From Stegostoma tigrinum (taxonomy: Eukaryota), in contig NC_081369.1 of assembly GCF_030684315.1 (NCBI RefSeq), forward strand, positions 28,045,754 through 28,109,753: DNA of 64,000 nt, read 5' to 3'. Below are positions 50,517 through 63,296 of this stretch, one piece after another. The position numbers and the translations under genes are program-made. A model generated the notes under the pieces. The model was not told the origin of the DNA. It was given only the letters and a program-made list of their open reading frames with translations, and made no database searches. Numbering within the stretch: the first letter of the stretch is position 1; every line of letters starts with the position of its first letter.

Positions 50517-53500
50517 GTATATATGATTAGCATCTGCTTCCTGTAGCATGCACATGTTTGCTGTAAATTCAAACTCATTGTAAAATGATTGAAAGCAAGT
50601 AAAGCTATATTTGTTGAAAGGCTGCTGTCTAGAATGTTTGCTAATAATGTTTTATTTCATGTCACAGCTAGGATTATTTAGGAAGCAACAATAGAATTGA
50701 GTCCCCAAATGAATACAAAACTGCAGAGGGACTTCTCCAACTGTTTTAAAAAACGGTGTTTGATTACATGAAAGCAGTGAAGTCTACATGAATATAAGTA
50801 CTTGTGTGGGTAAACATCCTTGCCTTGACATTTATTTGACACGTGTTATTTTGACATGTTTTATTTGGGTTAGTTTGAGGGCCTTTTAGTAGTCCCTCGT
50901 TATGACAATATGTTCCTTAAAAGATTCCCTGACCTTTTACTCAAGTCAAGATGAGTTGCAATTGTCAGACAAAATGGGGCTTATGATTATCTTTATTGTT
51001 GTTATTTTTAACTGGTATGGATGAGTAGAATTAGCAACTGTTTGGAGGTTGGGGCATCGCAGGATGACGTTCAGAACTGGATAGAAAGATGTACCATTAT
51101 AGAAGGATTGATAGGAGACCAGTTTCATTTGCTGACTTCGATCATAAATGTGAAATATTCAGAGGAGTTCCATGCAGAGGAAAGATTTGAAAACAATTTC
51201 CTGTAACCCATTGGGGGTTGCAGATGGAAAGATACTACCAGATGTAGCTTTCTGATGAAATGGGGGGGTGATTGAAGATGCTAGGAGGAGGATGAGGTTC
51301 AGCGGATTACTGAAATAATAGGGAACAGTCATTGATATTTCTCCACTCTGGGTGCCTCCAATTGTACCTTCCCATTCTTGCCTTTCCCCTTCACCCTTGA
51401 CAGAGTTCTTCCTTTGCTTCCCTGTATGCTCTTTTCTGTTGCCATTCCTATGCTTTGAGCTGGTTGTTAATGAGCTGCAGCCAAGAGTGTTTGCCTGCGT
51501 TTTATTTACAATCATTGGGTTCTCTGCAAATAACCTTTCTCAAGTGGGTTTTTGCCACATTGGTCATTTAGCCTCTGAATCCTTTTGCAGCATTCGCTGA
51601 GATTCAGCTCCAAGGACCCTCCACCTCTGCTCGCCCTCCCCTCCCCAATACCTCTCATTTAAGCCGTGATTTAAAAGGAACAGTTAACCCATTGTCATTT
51701 TGTGGAAAGCATGTTCCCAAACTTTTATCATTCACAGCAGATAAACTGTTTCTTGTTTTGCTCTAAGGTTAGTTATTAGACTGTGCTCCCAAGTGTTCGA
51801 TTCCATAATTGGAAAACTAGTTTTCGTCTACCTACTCGTTCCTCTAAAGACATGGAATGTTTAACTATCTAACACTTGTAATTTAACCCCTGGTCTTCAA
51901 GTCTAATTCTGAAGCCAAGATATCTTCCTTGAGGTTTGGTTATAACCAGAGTTTGTCCAACTGCAGCACAACCTTTACATGGATAATTAACAAAAAATGA
52001 AAATGCTACAGCCAAGAAATGAAAGACTGAAACTGAGTTGCTGCTGTAGACAGTTAACATAAACATGGCTGATCAAATGGTTCCCTCCAGACCTGTGTGA
52101 CCATTCGTGATGCCTCCCTGAACTATATTTCCATAAAGGACAGCATTCTGTTATTTTCTACATCTGTTGGTGACATTCTATTGCTTTGTGTACTCGGGCG
52201 CAAGGCTTCTTTGGATGCCACTGTCTCTAGCTTTTCAATTAGAAATTGCCCTGTTCTAATCTTTCTAAAGTTGCTGACTTCTCATTTTCCAACTTTGAAA
52301 TGCATTGACCAGGATTTTGCCTATTAATCTTTTTATGCTGTAGCAGTTTTATGCATCTACACGACTCAATGTTGCCCATCTTTGTGGCATTTGAGCAATT
52401 GTATATGACGCTCTTATCATCTCATCAGAACTGTTAATAAACAGTGAATAGCTGAGGTCTGAACATAAACCCTTGCAGACACCGGTAGTCACATTCTGAC
52501 GAGTTAGAATGCTTGCCCATTTCAGAAGGGCTGTTGTGGCCCAGTGGTAGTTGCACAGGGTGTATTGTAACATCTTCCAGGTTGATTTTTTTTTTAAATG
52601 TACTGCTAATCAGACTCTCGCTGCGCAGCTACTTAAACAGTTCAATAATATGCCATCAATTCCATTACCTTTGACTAACTAACAATATGAAGGATTTCAT
52701 CAAGTCTTTAGAAAGGTCAATAAACATCTGTTTACACATCTGCAGTGAGTAAAGGAAAAAGGACAATAGTTCTGTGGAGAGCATTACTGAAAGATGCAAC
52801 CTTTCCAGATGATGGGTTCGATGCTGGGTAATGAAAAACTACACTTCCTCATGGGAACCTAAATTTAGGAGCTGCATTTTATAAATATATAAATAAATAG
52901 GACCTCTCTCTCTTCAGACTGAGATAAGAAATTTCTGTTGATGGTTTTCAGTGTTTGGAATTTTCTGCCAGATACAGCTATACATGTTGAGGTGATTGAT
53001 GAATTATTGTATGAGCTATTTTTTTCATCTACAAGGGACTTGAGCAGTAGGCAGGAAATTGGAGTTCAAGCAACCATAAAAGGAGATACAATTTCATTGT
53101 ACAGTGGAGCTGTCATAGTGAGTTGTTAGAGTTGAATGACCTACTCCTCTCATTTCTTATGATCTTATTCAATTGGGAGGATAGTTTGTGCAAGGTTAGA
53201 GTGCTCATCAGTGCAGGGGGTTCTGTAGTTTTGGACAGTGGGATTTTGGATCTCATGTGGAACAGAGTTTCCAACATGGACATCGACTGATTGGAGCAAT
53301 GAACTGACTGACCTGCTTGTGGAACTGCTGCTCCCTGAAGTGTCAGGGTTTCAATTGTTTCTGCATGTGGAACAATGTTGTGAATTGTTGGTGTTTTGGG
53401 GTCCTAGAAAAGAAAATACTTCACTGGGTTGAACTCATTAAAGGACATTGTCCTTTAATATAGATGATGAAGTTCTGTCAGCTGTATTGCTTAGATTACC

Positions 53501-54539
53501 AGACAGGGTGCATCAAACAACATGTACCATTTGTACTGGTTTCAGAGCGATATGCTTCGATTTGGTGCTGTTGCTTCAAGTATTTGGTAGAACTGCACAC
53601 TGAATCGAGCAATTTAGATTGAGGCTGGGATTTAAGAGACTAAATTGATTAAAATTGTGGCTGTTCGTACCTTAATGGCTCTGCATTTGTTTTAACTGGC
53701 AGAAAAGTCCATGAAACTTAGAATTGTCAGTTCTGCTGACAAATGAAGGAAAATATTGAGGCCCTTTTAAAGAAGGAAATATGCTAATTACATAGTGACT
53801 GGGACACAACCAGGTTAGGAGGATGCAATAAGTTAATTATTTACCAGCATCCTTCCAGTTCTGTGAGGTTTGCATATGGCAAACAAATCCGTTTCAGATG
53901 GGGTGTCTTTGTGTTGAACAGCTTTGCAGCTGACTGAAATTGAGAAGTTCTGCCACAAGTGCTGGACATGAAGCTACTAAGAGTATTCATTGGTGTCGGT
54001 TATCAAACTGCTGTAGCTACTGGTCATCGTGGTGATGTTCACCAGCCCACAAGTCACAGTATAACAACTAACCTGGGAGAGAAATAATGTAGAACAATTG
54101 TATTTTTGTGTTATCGCTGTTCAGTCTGGTCACAAAGTCACCAAGCTGCCTGAATATGAAGTTTGTATGTCAATAATTACATAAGCAGTATGTAATTATA
54201 ATTTCCTGACAGCAGGAAATCAAGTGGTGGTGGTAAGATATTAACATGAAGATAGATTAATTGCCATCTCCTTTTGAAGTTAACAGTTGTCTTGGATTTG
54301 CTCATTAAACTGCAGACTGTAAATATGTGAAGAGGTACTTTGCTTTATTTTGAAAACTTACTGAGGCATGAAAATATTTCAAACGAGAGGTTGAATATTA
54401 TTTAAAAATAAACATTTCTCCAAGAACCACAAAGCACATCAGATTAACATTAAATATTGCATTAATCTAAGCAATTAACAGAAATTCTTCCCCACCACAA
54501 GATGAAGCAGCATGCTTTTTGTACCAAGACATCAGTCAT

Positions 54540-54960
54540 GATTCACGTAGTAGCGCACTTGCCTTTTTGAAGCAGAAGGTTGCAGGTTTAAGTCCTGTTC
54601 CAAGACTTGTGCGCAGCCATTTAGGCTGATACTCCATTGCAGCACTGCAGGAGTTCTGCACTGCCACTGGTAATGTATTTTGGGTAAGGGATTAAATAAT
54701 GCCCAGTGTTCCAAAGTAGATGATCCCTTTAGACTATATTGAAGAGTGGTGTTGTTGGGAAGACATGTTATTCATGTACTGGTCAATATGTATCCCTTTA
54801 ATGGCAACACAAAAATTAAATTATGGCTATTTACATACTGATATGAGAGTACTTTTGGTGTGCAAAATGGCTGCCACATTTCTTGAGTAGCAAGAATGAC
54901 TAAGCTGAAAATACTTGGTGAAATGCTTCAATGTATCCACTACTCAAGAAAAAATACATA
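54540..54960 (+). mobile_element. Deu-domain SINE (SacSINE1-like); other fragments at ~790-950, 1680-1850, 12400-12580
   Basis: tRNA-like head gaaggttgcaggtttaagtcc, then ggctgatactcc.tgcagcactg.gg.gt.ctgcactg and tgtgcaaaatggctgccacatttc. Confidence 0.55.
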
Positions 54961-55039
54961 GAAATGTCAGACTAAATTTTCATATCAAATGAAACTGTTC
55001 TGTTTTAATTGTTTAACTATTGTATATTTTTGTTTACAG

Positions 55040-55169
55040 AAGACAGCTGCAGACAAGAAGACAGTCGCCGAGATGAGCTTTATCAGCAGTTTTACAGAGA
55101 GATAGAGGATGACTACAATAAAGAAAAACATGCTGACTGTGTAGTTATAGCACTAAGCAAGCAACAGGG
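55040..55169 (+). CDS. NCOA5-like coding exon 5
   Basis: 130 nt; (E)DSCRQEDSRRDELYQQFYREIEDDYNKEKHADCVVIALSKQQ(G), resembling recalled NCOA5 'ERRREELYRQYFEEIQRRFDAERPVDCSVIVVNKQ'. Confidence 0.9.
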
Positions 55170-57359
55170 GTAAATTTCCTTGGGATTGTTATTTTGTTAT
55201 TCTTTGGATATTGCAAACTCATGCCCTACAAATTTCTATCCTGCTCAGGTTTGTGACTGCAATTTGAGACTGATTTGATGCCAGTCTTCAACTGGAGAGA
55301 ATTATCTGTGATTTCATTTGAAGAATTTGCATGTTCACTTTTTCTTAATTATTGTTAGGGATGCTACTTGAAAAAATTTTAATTAATGATGAAGCGGCTT
55401 ATTTCATGACCACAATTAGCATTTTGGTTCCAGGGAGAATGTCACTGATCTTCTACAGCAATTATGCATTTAATATCTTGTTTAAATCCAGTTACACTTC
55501 ATTCAACTATGTTTGAAAGGCTACCTCCATGAAAGCAAGAGCACAAAAAGGTGAAATTCACAACACTTGACATTGTTTGAGGTTTCCATCCTTCGAGACT
55601 TAATTGGTTATTTTGAAGAAGCAAGGAATCATTGATAAAACTTCTAGATATCCATTTTTAATTGCATAGCAGATGTACAGTCTGTCAGTTTTTATCAAGT
55701 AATGAAGATGGTTAATACCAACTATTCCACTGCTATTCTGACTGCTAACTCTGGGCTATTGTCTTTCCTGTGATATTCATATTGTAAGTTGCAGTGTTGA
55801 TTAGTTGACTTAAGTGACAAATAAGTAATGGTTTGAGCAATGAGGTTGAACTAGAAGCAAAGTTTGTGAACTAATCAACACTGAGTCTCTTGGTGACACA
55901 TGGGGCTGGCAGTATTTAAACAGCAAGATTGATAGAGCAGAAAACCAAATTTTTCCATAGAGGACATTACAGAATATTTTGTAATGTTGATCATCTGGAT
56001 CAATAAATATGAAGAATTTGGATTTTTTGAATTTTGCAAGTAGCTATTTATTTGTACTTCCTTTGGTGCTGTGGTTGCAACTAGTGCAAAGAGAGGCTGC
56101 TGTCTTTTTTGTTTTGAGAAAACATTGTACTCTGCAATAGCTGGTACTGTCTGTGGCCAATATTTGTGCGTCCTTTGGGATTTGGTGTGGTTACGTGATG
56201 AGGGCATGATGCGTTTCATTTCAGTGACTGCATTGTACAGGTGCATTTCACAATTACAGAGCCGTGGAGTAAGATTTAGTTTTTTAAAGTGGATATCTGT
56301 GATAATGACAGCTGTGATAAAACCTATCAATCACTTGACCTGGAAAACAATTGGGTATTTGTCAGGAATTTTGAGGCATGTTGTGTAACCTGGGACTTGG
56401 AAGAATGAGGTAGTTTTGATGGTGAAATGAGTCATGTTTAAATTGGATTTTGTGAAAACTAGATTGGGGAAGGAAACTACAGTGAAGTGTTCAAAACCTA
56501 GATATTCTGATCTTTGGATGCTTGGAGGTTAATGTAACAGATTTCTGATGTCTAATCAGTTCTTGTCAGTTGTATATTTCACTATACAATGTTCAGCTTG
56601 CACATTTGACAATGTTAAAGTGGTCAACCTGGACAATTGGGATCCCTTGGTTTCTGTCAACGGTCGAAGCGTTATTCTAATACTATTGGCATATCTACTC
56701 CATTATGATAAAGTCATTTGTCTCGATTCATCTAACTTCCTTTTTGCGCAGGAAATTAGCTTTAAATTCAGTTGTGCTGAAGCAGGCCAGACACTAATAG
56801 TCATGTAGTCATACTGGATTGAAACAGGCTTTTTAGTCCAACTCATCAATGCCAAGCAGGCTTCCTAAATTGAATTAATCCCATTTGTCTGTATTTGGTC
56901 CATATCCCTTTAAATCTTTGCTACCTTTGCACCTTTCCAAATGTCTTTTTAATGTTGTAGTTGTACCCTCCTCTATTTTGTCTGGCGGTTTGTTCCATGT
57001 ACATGCCAATTGAAGAAAAAGTTGCCTTAATTTGAAGTCTAAATATCAGAATTTGCTATCTTCATTGCTTCTGTTCTGTCTAACTTCTGAACAGTTTTCT
57101 ACAGTGTCTGTTCTAGACTAAAATATCTTAATTGGCTAACTAGCCAACTTACCATACCTTTGATATTCATTGCTATGTTGTTCTGGAGTTTGGATGCCCA
57201 GCGACTTAACGTTGCTTTGTTTTCAAAGTTGAAGCTATAGCCCTCCGTTGTCCTTGTAATCAAGCTGTTCTTTAAGAAAAGAACATTATTTTGGTTTCTG
57301 AAAGCATTGGTTACCACTTCAGCAAAGCCTTTGATGGGATCCCTTTATAGGAGAGGGAC

Positions 57360-58045
57360 AAAGAAGGTAAAAGCACATGGGATCCAGGATAACTTGGCAA
57401 TTTTTATCCAAAATTGGCTTAGCAGGAGACAGAAGGTGGTGGTACAAGGCTTTGTATTACTGGAGGACAGTGTCCAGAGGCATACTACAGCAGTTGGTGC
57501 TTGGTCACTTGTTCATGATTTATATATAATCATGAACATGTATAAATGATGCAGCTGTGTCTGTGGGGGATAAGTTTTCAGATGACACGAAGATTGGTTG
57601 AATGGTTGATAATGAAGAGGAAGGTCATGGATGACAGAATATAGATGTTTTGTCAGAAAAGTGTGAGGTGATGCATTTTGGAAGAAATAATAAGGCAAGC
57701 CTGAATGGAAGGACACTAGGACCTCAGGAAGGGAGGGATTTTACAGTCTTCGTCCACAAATCCCTGAAGCTGGTGGGGCAGGTTAGTAAGCTGGTTAGCA
57801 TATGGGGCACTTGCCTTGATCAGTCAAGGCATGGATTATGAGAGCTGAAACGTTATGTTGAAGTTGTATGTAGGATGTCATTGCACTGGAGGGGACACAA
57901 GAGATTTACCAGAAGGTTGCCTTGGATGGAACACAAAGCTGGGTGTGCTGTGGTTGTTTTCTTTTTGGAGCAGAGAAGGTTGAGGGGAAACCTGATAGAG
58001 GTGTATACACGATTGAGGGCATGAATAGGGTGAATAAAAAGCAGC
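57360..58045 (+). mobile_element. Degenerate CR1 LINE fragment
   Basis: 'KVKAHGIQ..FIQNWL', 'KFSDDTKIG', 'EKCEVMHFGR'. Confidence 0.75.
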
Positions 58046-58225
58046 TAAGTTTTTAATGTTTGTTCACAAAAAAATTCTCATCTTCGTGTATTTTTATTTT
58101 AGGGTCTTACTCTGTGGCTTTGATTTTTGTGAAAAATTGTAATTGTGTGTATTACTAGCAGCTTTAAGTGTTACCGATCTTATTTGAGTATCTAATTGGA
58201 AAATGTCCACTCTTTCAATTTTAAG

Positions 58226-58425
58226 GGACTATGCCAAACTGGTAGGACGACGAGTCCAAGAACTGGGGCTTCTCGTGGATCTTGTGTACCTTAAATTAGA
58301 GTTGGCTCTTGATACTGCTTTGAAAGATGTTCGAGAAGAAGGTTCCCCGTTTTGTGTCGTCGTTGGAGGAGAACACCAGTCTCTGTCTTCTTGCACAGTG
58401 ATTATTTTGTATGCTGGTCACAAAG
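58226..58425 (+). CDS. NCOA5-like coding exon 6 (anticodon-binding-fold domain)
   Basis: 200 nt; DYAKLVGRRVQELGLLVDLVYLKLELALDTALKDVREEGSPFCVVVGGEHQSLSSCTVIILYAGHK, resembling NCOA5 'DYAESVGRKVRDLGMVVDLIFL...GSPFAIVI..QHQ..SCTVNIM'. Confidence 0.92.
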
Positions 58426-59661
58426 GTACATATACAATACCCGTAAAGATACTTGTCGAATTCTTGAGGTGCAGTGGCCCAAAAGTGTATTTTGCTTTCA
58501 TTTTGCTTTTGTATAGTCTTATTCCTAGGTAATTTGATGGTCGTGTTTTATTATGAACTAAATCATGTTTTCCCAAAATGTTTGTGTTGTTGTGTGGTCA
58601 TATTGAAATATTTCCTTCAAAAGTGTTTTAGTGGAATTGTTTATTTGTAAACTTGGTAAAAAATATGAGATTGGTTTTTACAACTGTTTCTTTTTCAAAA
58701 GGCAAGCAACAAGTGCTGTTGAGTTTTTGCTTTTAAGAAAGAATACCTCAATTTGTAGGAAATTTTCCCCCCATTCTTTGGCACTTGTGGCAGTAAAGCA
58801 TGCTTCCTGGTGCTTGGTTTTTGATGACCTGACTGAAGTTGGAGTTTACTAAGGAGTGAGTGCATTCGGACTGTTTAAATTGTCTAATCCATTGTTCACA
58901 GACTCTCTGTATTCATGTGATCAGGCTGCTAGGTATCACTGGGCAGTTAATAGAGGAAGTTTTAGTTTTGTTTTGTCTTTCCTGATTTGAAGGACAGTAA
59001 ACTTTTTTCCCTGTAGGCTAAGCTTCATACTTCAAAGCTTGGATTATAGGATAACTTTAACTCTTCCAATTATACTTTAAAAATCAATATTAATTTACAG
59101 GTACTAAAAATGTGTATTTAAATCATTGTTTCATAAATCATACTTGTTTCAAATATTATCAAGATAACATCCTTTTGATTTTCAATACACAAATTATCAC
59201 TTCAGTTTGCTTCTGAGATCTGCGCCAGGCTTGAAATTTACAACTGATGTGCCCAACCTAAATGAGCTGGAGTCATGTAGCAATTATATCATAGCTAGCT
59301 TGTGGCGTGAGTATGGTTGCACAGATCCAAAACTTCAAGTTCAAATTGCCTTTTCTTTTTAAGGTGCATATAACCTAAATCTTTTACATAAAGCATTAAA
59401 ACTCTTTTCATTTCCCTTCCCCCGTGCGCCCCCACCCCATCACCACCACCACACAAAATGCATATTTAGGTTCTTCTCTTCCTCCTCTTTAATTGTTTCA
59501 CTCCTTTTCTGCATCTTCATCTTTCTTTCCTCCCAAAAATACCATCTTCGGCTTATCCACTGAACCGTTTCTCTTAAGTTAGAAGAATATATTGACTCAT
59601 TACTTAACATAATGAAGAGCTTTCATATCAGATGAAAAGTTAAGTTATCTATCTTGAACAG

Positions 59662-59943
59662 AACATCGTAATATGCCTTTGGAAGATGCTTTGGACCTGA
59701 TTTCACGTGAACACCAACGCATTTTTGGTGAAACTCTGGAAAAAGAACGTCTTGAGATCGCACACAAAGCAGCCAATTTGGCAGATGATTATCTTCATCG
59801 TGAGTCTTACGATGAAAGTCATGTTGTGCCCAGCAGCATTCGACATCTCCTGTTCCTGCTGGGTGATGGAAAACATCTGTATGCTGAGGAGCTTCAAAAG
59901 GTGATTGACTATTTGAACAAAAGGAAAGAGGCCCTTGAAGGAG
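59662..59943 (+). CDS. NCOA5-like coding exon 7
   Basis: 282 nt; (E)HRNMPLEDALDLISR...IRHLLFLLGDGKHLYAEELQKVIDYLNKRKEALEG, resembling NCOA5 'HRNMPQADAM...LINLLADNRYLTAEETDKIINYLRERK'. Confidence 0.92.
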
Positions 59944-60500
59944 GTTAGTTGAGTTAATAATTCTGCCTGCACGGAGTCCATACTGATGGAACTCACTTTA
60001 TCAGCTATCTCTTAAATTGTTTTATTTCTTGCATTTACAATTTAAACTGAAAATCAGTATTAAGCATTTTGTTTGTTAACCTTGAGGTTTTTGAGCAATA
60101 GTTAAATACAAAATTAGGAGAATCTGACTAATTGAACTTCTAATGATTACAACTGTGACCATTGCACTGTCAATGAAGGAGTTGCTAGATTCGTAAAGCA
60201 GCAATTTCAAAAATGGTATTTTGCCTCTTTGTGTATCTGATGTTCAAAATTAAGGCAAAGATTAATTATGAACGCCCTTATTCCATGGAACAGTACCAAT
60301 ATTCAGTGCCTAGATCCATAATTCTGTTAACGGCTCCAAAACACACTGGCTTCAAGATCACCACATGTAGCCTTACGGATGTGGTTCAAAATTTTGGAAT
60401 TTGACTTATGAACATACTTTCAAATGTGCTACTTTTGATAATTGTTACAAACGTGATTTGGAATTTGGTTGTCTGACACATTGTACTTGTGTTTTCATAG

Positions 60501-60566
60501 AAGCTAACAGTAATTGGCAAAACTACCAGGAAGGAGGAACTGAACTTTATCAGTGGCCACATGATC
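60501..60566 (+). CDS. NCOA5-like coding exon 8
   Basis: 66 nt, phase 1-1; ANSNWQNYQEGGTELYQWPHD; acceptor ttcatag, donor GTAAGT. Confidence 0.78.
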
Positions 60567-60753
60567 GTAAGTGACCATATTTCAAACTTTTAGTGAAATG
60601 TTTGATATGGCTATTATTCAGTTTTGATACTTTGATAAACAAAGTAGGATCAGAAATAGACCGTTTGTGGAATTGAGTTTCTAAGAGGCCTGAATTAAGA
60701 TAATGCAAGCTGTCCATTAGTATGCACTAATGTTTTAAACTTTTACTTTACAG

Positions 60754-60945
60754 CTTCTCTGGCACAACAACCCACTGGAACTGAAGGTTACTATGATGTT
60801 GGCAGTGTTCCACAGCCCTCTAGCAAGCCTAAACCCCTCCTTCCAACACCAGGCAGACCACCCCTTTTGGGTCATGCTCCTCTTGCTCAGAAAAAACCTC
60901 CACTTTTGGGTGATCGACCAATCAGGGCTCTTTTGCCTGCTCCAG
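60754..60945 (+). CDS. NCOA5-like coding exon 9 (proline-rich)
   Basis: 192 nt, phase 1-1; SLAQQPTGTEGYYDVGSVPQPSSKPKPLLPTPGRPPLLGHAPLAQKKPPLLGDRPIRALLPAP; branch point cactaat plus tttacag. Confidence 0.85.
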
Positions 60946-61544
60946 GTTAACATTTCTTCACTTAATTAATATGCAACTTTTTGCCTTAAATAAAACTGAT
61001 CACACCGCATTCTCACTTGGGCCCCTCACTGACTACTTGGATGTTTTGGAGATGAACTAATACAGCAAATTTCCTGTATTTTGGATATGTAAGGTTTACT
61101 TTATCCAAGAGTGCCTGTTCACAAGGTGCCGCCTAAAGCTTGCTGTAATTTCAAGCATTGCAAGATTGTAAAACTGCAAATTGAGCTCAGATTTTCAGTT
61201 TTGTCATCCCATTTTATGAGCCATTTTGTTCAGAATAATTAACTTAGCACTTCCAAAATGTATTTATGGTATCCTTTACTGTGTCATGGAAGGGATAAAA
61301 GTCAGAACACTTTGTAGAGCTATTTTAGTCAAATTTTCTGCCAGGGTAAGAGTCCAGTTCTTGTGAAAAGCTCAAGGACAGTGCCACTTCACAGCTGTTT
61401 CCGACAGGTCTTGAGTCTTTCAGTAAGAGAATGAATGTGTGTGTTGAGTCAGGTTGTGGGGTTGATTTTGGAGGGATCAGTTTTGGTGTTCCATTGAGTA
61501 ACTCTAACTAATCTGATTAGAGCAAGGACTAACCATCAGTATAG

Positions 61545-61900
61545 GATAGAAAGAACTGCCAATGCTGGAGAGAGAGAGATACAACAGTGTGGAGCTGGAG
61601 AAACACAGCAGGCCAGGCAGCATCAGAGGAGCAGGAAAGTTGATGTTTTGGGTTGTGACCCTTCTTCAGAAATGGGGGAGCGGAAGGGAGCTCTGAAATA
61701 AAGAGGGGTCAGGGTTGGGCTGGGGAAGGTAGGTGGGATGGTTATAGCAAGTAGGTAGGGATTGGTGAGTAAGGTGGGAGAGAAAATGGACAGGTCTAGG
61801 AGGTGGGGATGAGGGGGAGGATTGGTCTTGGGATGAGGCTGGGGGTGGGGAGATTTTGAAGCGAGTAAAGCCCACATTGAGGCCATTGGGTTGTAGCAGT
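61545..61900. mobile_element. Penelope-like element fragment
   Basis: Same terminal module (gagctggagaaacacagcaggccaggcagcatcagaggagcagg...cccttcttcag) followed by a G-rich body. Confidence 0.65.
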
Positions 61901-63255
61901 ATGTTTCCTAGGTATTTCCAGGTAACTTGAGTCTGTCCGTTTCAAGCCATTGATAATTGCAGCAAGTCCCATGCAGTGGAAAACAGCCCCACTGAAGTTT
62001 AAATTTTTTTTTTGGTATTTGCACTGTGTGTAAAGGCATACGAGGGGTCACGATGTGCACCTCCAACTTGCATCCTATTTCTGAAGATTTGGGACACATC
62101 TTTAATTTACATGTACCAAACACTGGGGGTCATCTGTTTTAAAGTTAGAAATGTGAAGGAATAGCTGAAGCAAAGTGATTCAAATGATATTCTGCAATGT
62201 GTCAGCAGAGTAAAATTTATCCTTTTTTTTAAAAGAAATGCAGGAAAAATACGTATTCTGAACTGAATAAATGTGACCATAAATGGATTAGCACACAAAC
62301 TTGGAATAGAGGCAATGCACACTTTTTACAACGTCCAGAAAGAATTCACTAGTTGCATATAGGAGGAAATGTATTTGGATACAGATTGAAATGATTCATG
62401 AAACGATGAACCTCTAAAGGAAATCATGACAGCAAAATTCAAGTTTGGAATTGAACCTATAAAAGTTTTCCTAATGGTTACCAACAATGACAAAATTTAG
62501 ATGGATCATTTTTGATTTCATTTAAATTTTCTCTAACAGGCTATAACCACTAGGAGTGTGGTAGTAATAATTGTTTGTGCCCCACCTGTTTGCAATCATT
62601 TTTAGCTGAGGAGATGAGTTGTTACATGTCCAATTTTGTTAATGATGCAAACATGAGTGGAACACCAAGTTGTCAGCATGCAGGCTGCAAAGGATGGGGC
62701 AGATTAAATGAGGTGACAAATGGACTACAGCATTGGGCAATATTAAATGTTTGATGTATGGAGTTTGGGTAAGCGTTGGGCTGTTTACGAAAGAATGATG
62801 GTGATCCACATCTTGGAATACTTGCTAGTTTAGTCTCCTTGTACAAGGAAGGATATACTTGCCTTTAGGTGAAATGAACGTTCCATGTTAGAGATGAGAA
62901 ATTTCTTCCGAGTGTTGTGGAGTTCTCTTCGCCAAAGTGGTGTAAATGTTCAGCCATCCAATATATTCACAACAAAGGTTGGACTTTTGGACACTAAGAA
63001 TTAAGCAATGATGAGGGGCATGGAGAAGTTGATGATGGTTAATATATATTTCACTTGCCATCTAACTCATGGGTTGTATGGCTGACTCTTGTCTGTTCTT
63101 ATGGATAATCTTGCTTTGTATTCTTGTCAGATTGTTATTTTAAAAAAAAACATAAATAAAACAAAATAAGCATTTTGTTAAACTGCAGCTTGAACTTGTT
63201 GCTAGACTGATTTTTATTTTACAGGAAGTAAATATTTTTATTTCTTTTATTTTAG

Positions 63256-63296
63256 GTCATCCATTAAAACTAGGTGCTAGACTCCAGCTGCAGTAA
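63256..63296 (+). CDS. NCOA5-like last coding exon (stop)
   Basis: 41 nt; (G)HPLKLGARLQLQ*; strong polypyrimidine tract plus ttag; followed by repeat-free 3'UTR-like sequence with ATTAAA at 63882 and 63891. Confidence 0.7.

Noticed and set aside
50668-50760. Candidate extra NCOA5-like exon after gtcacag
   Set aside because: Stops in the required phase; the exon chain closes without it
55875-56388. 151-aa and 105-aa overlapping ORFs
   Set aside because: Intronic, no recognisable motifs and no splice-phase fit
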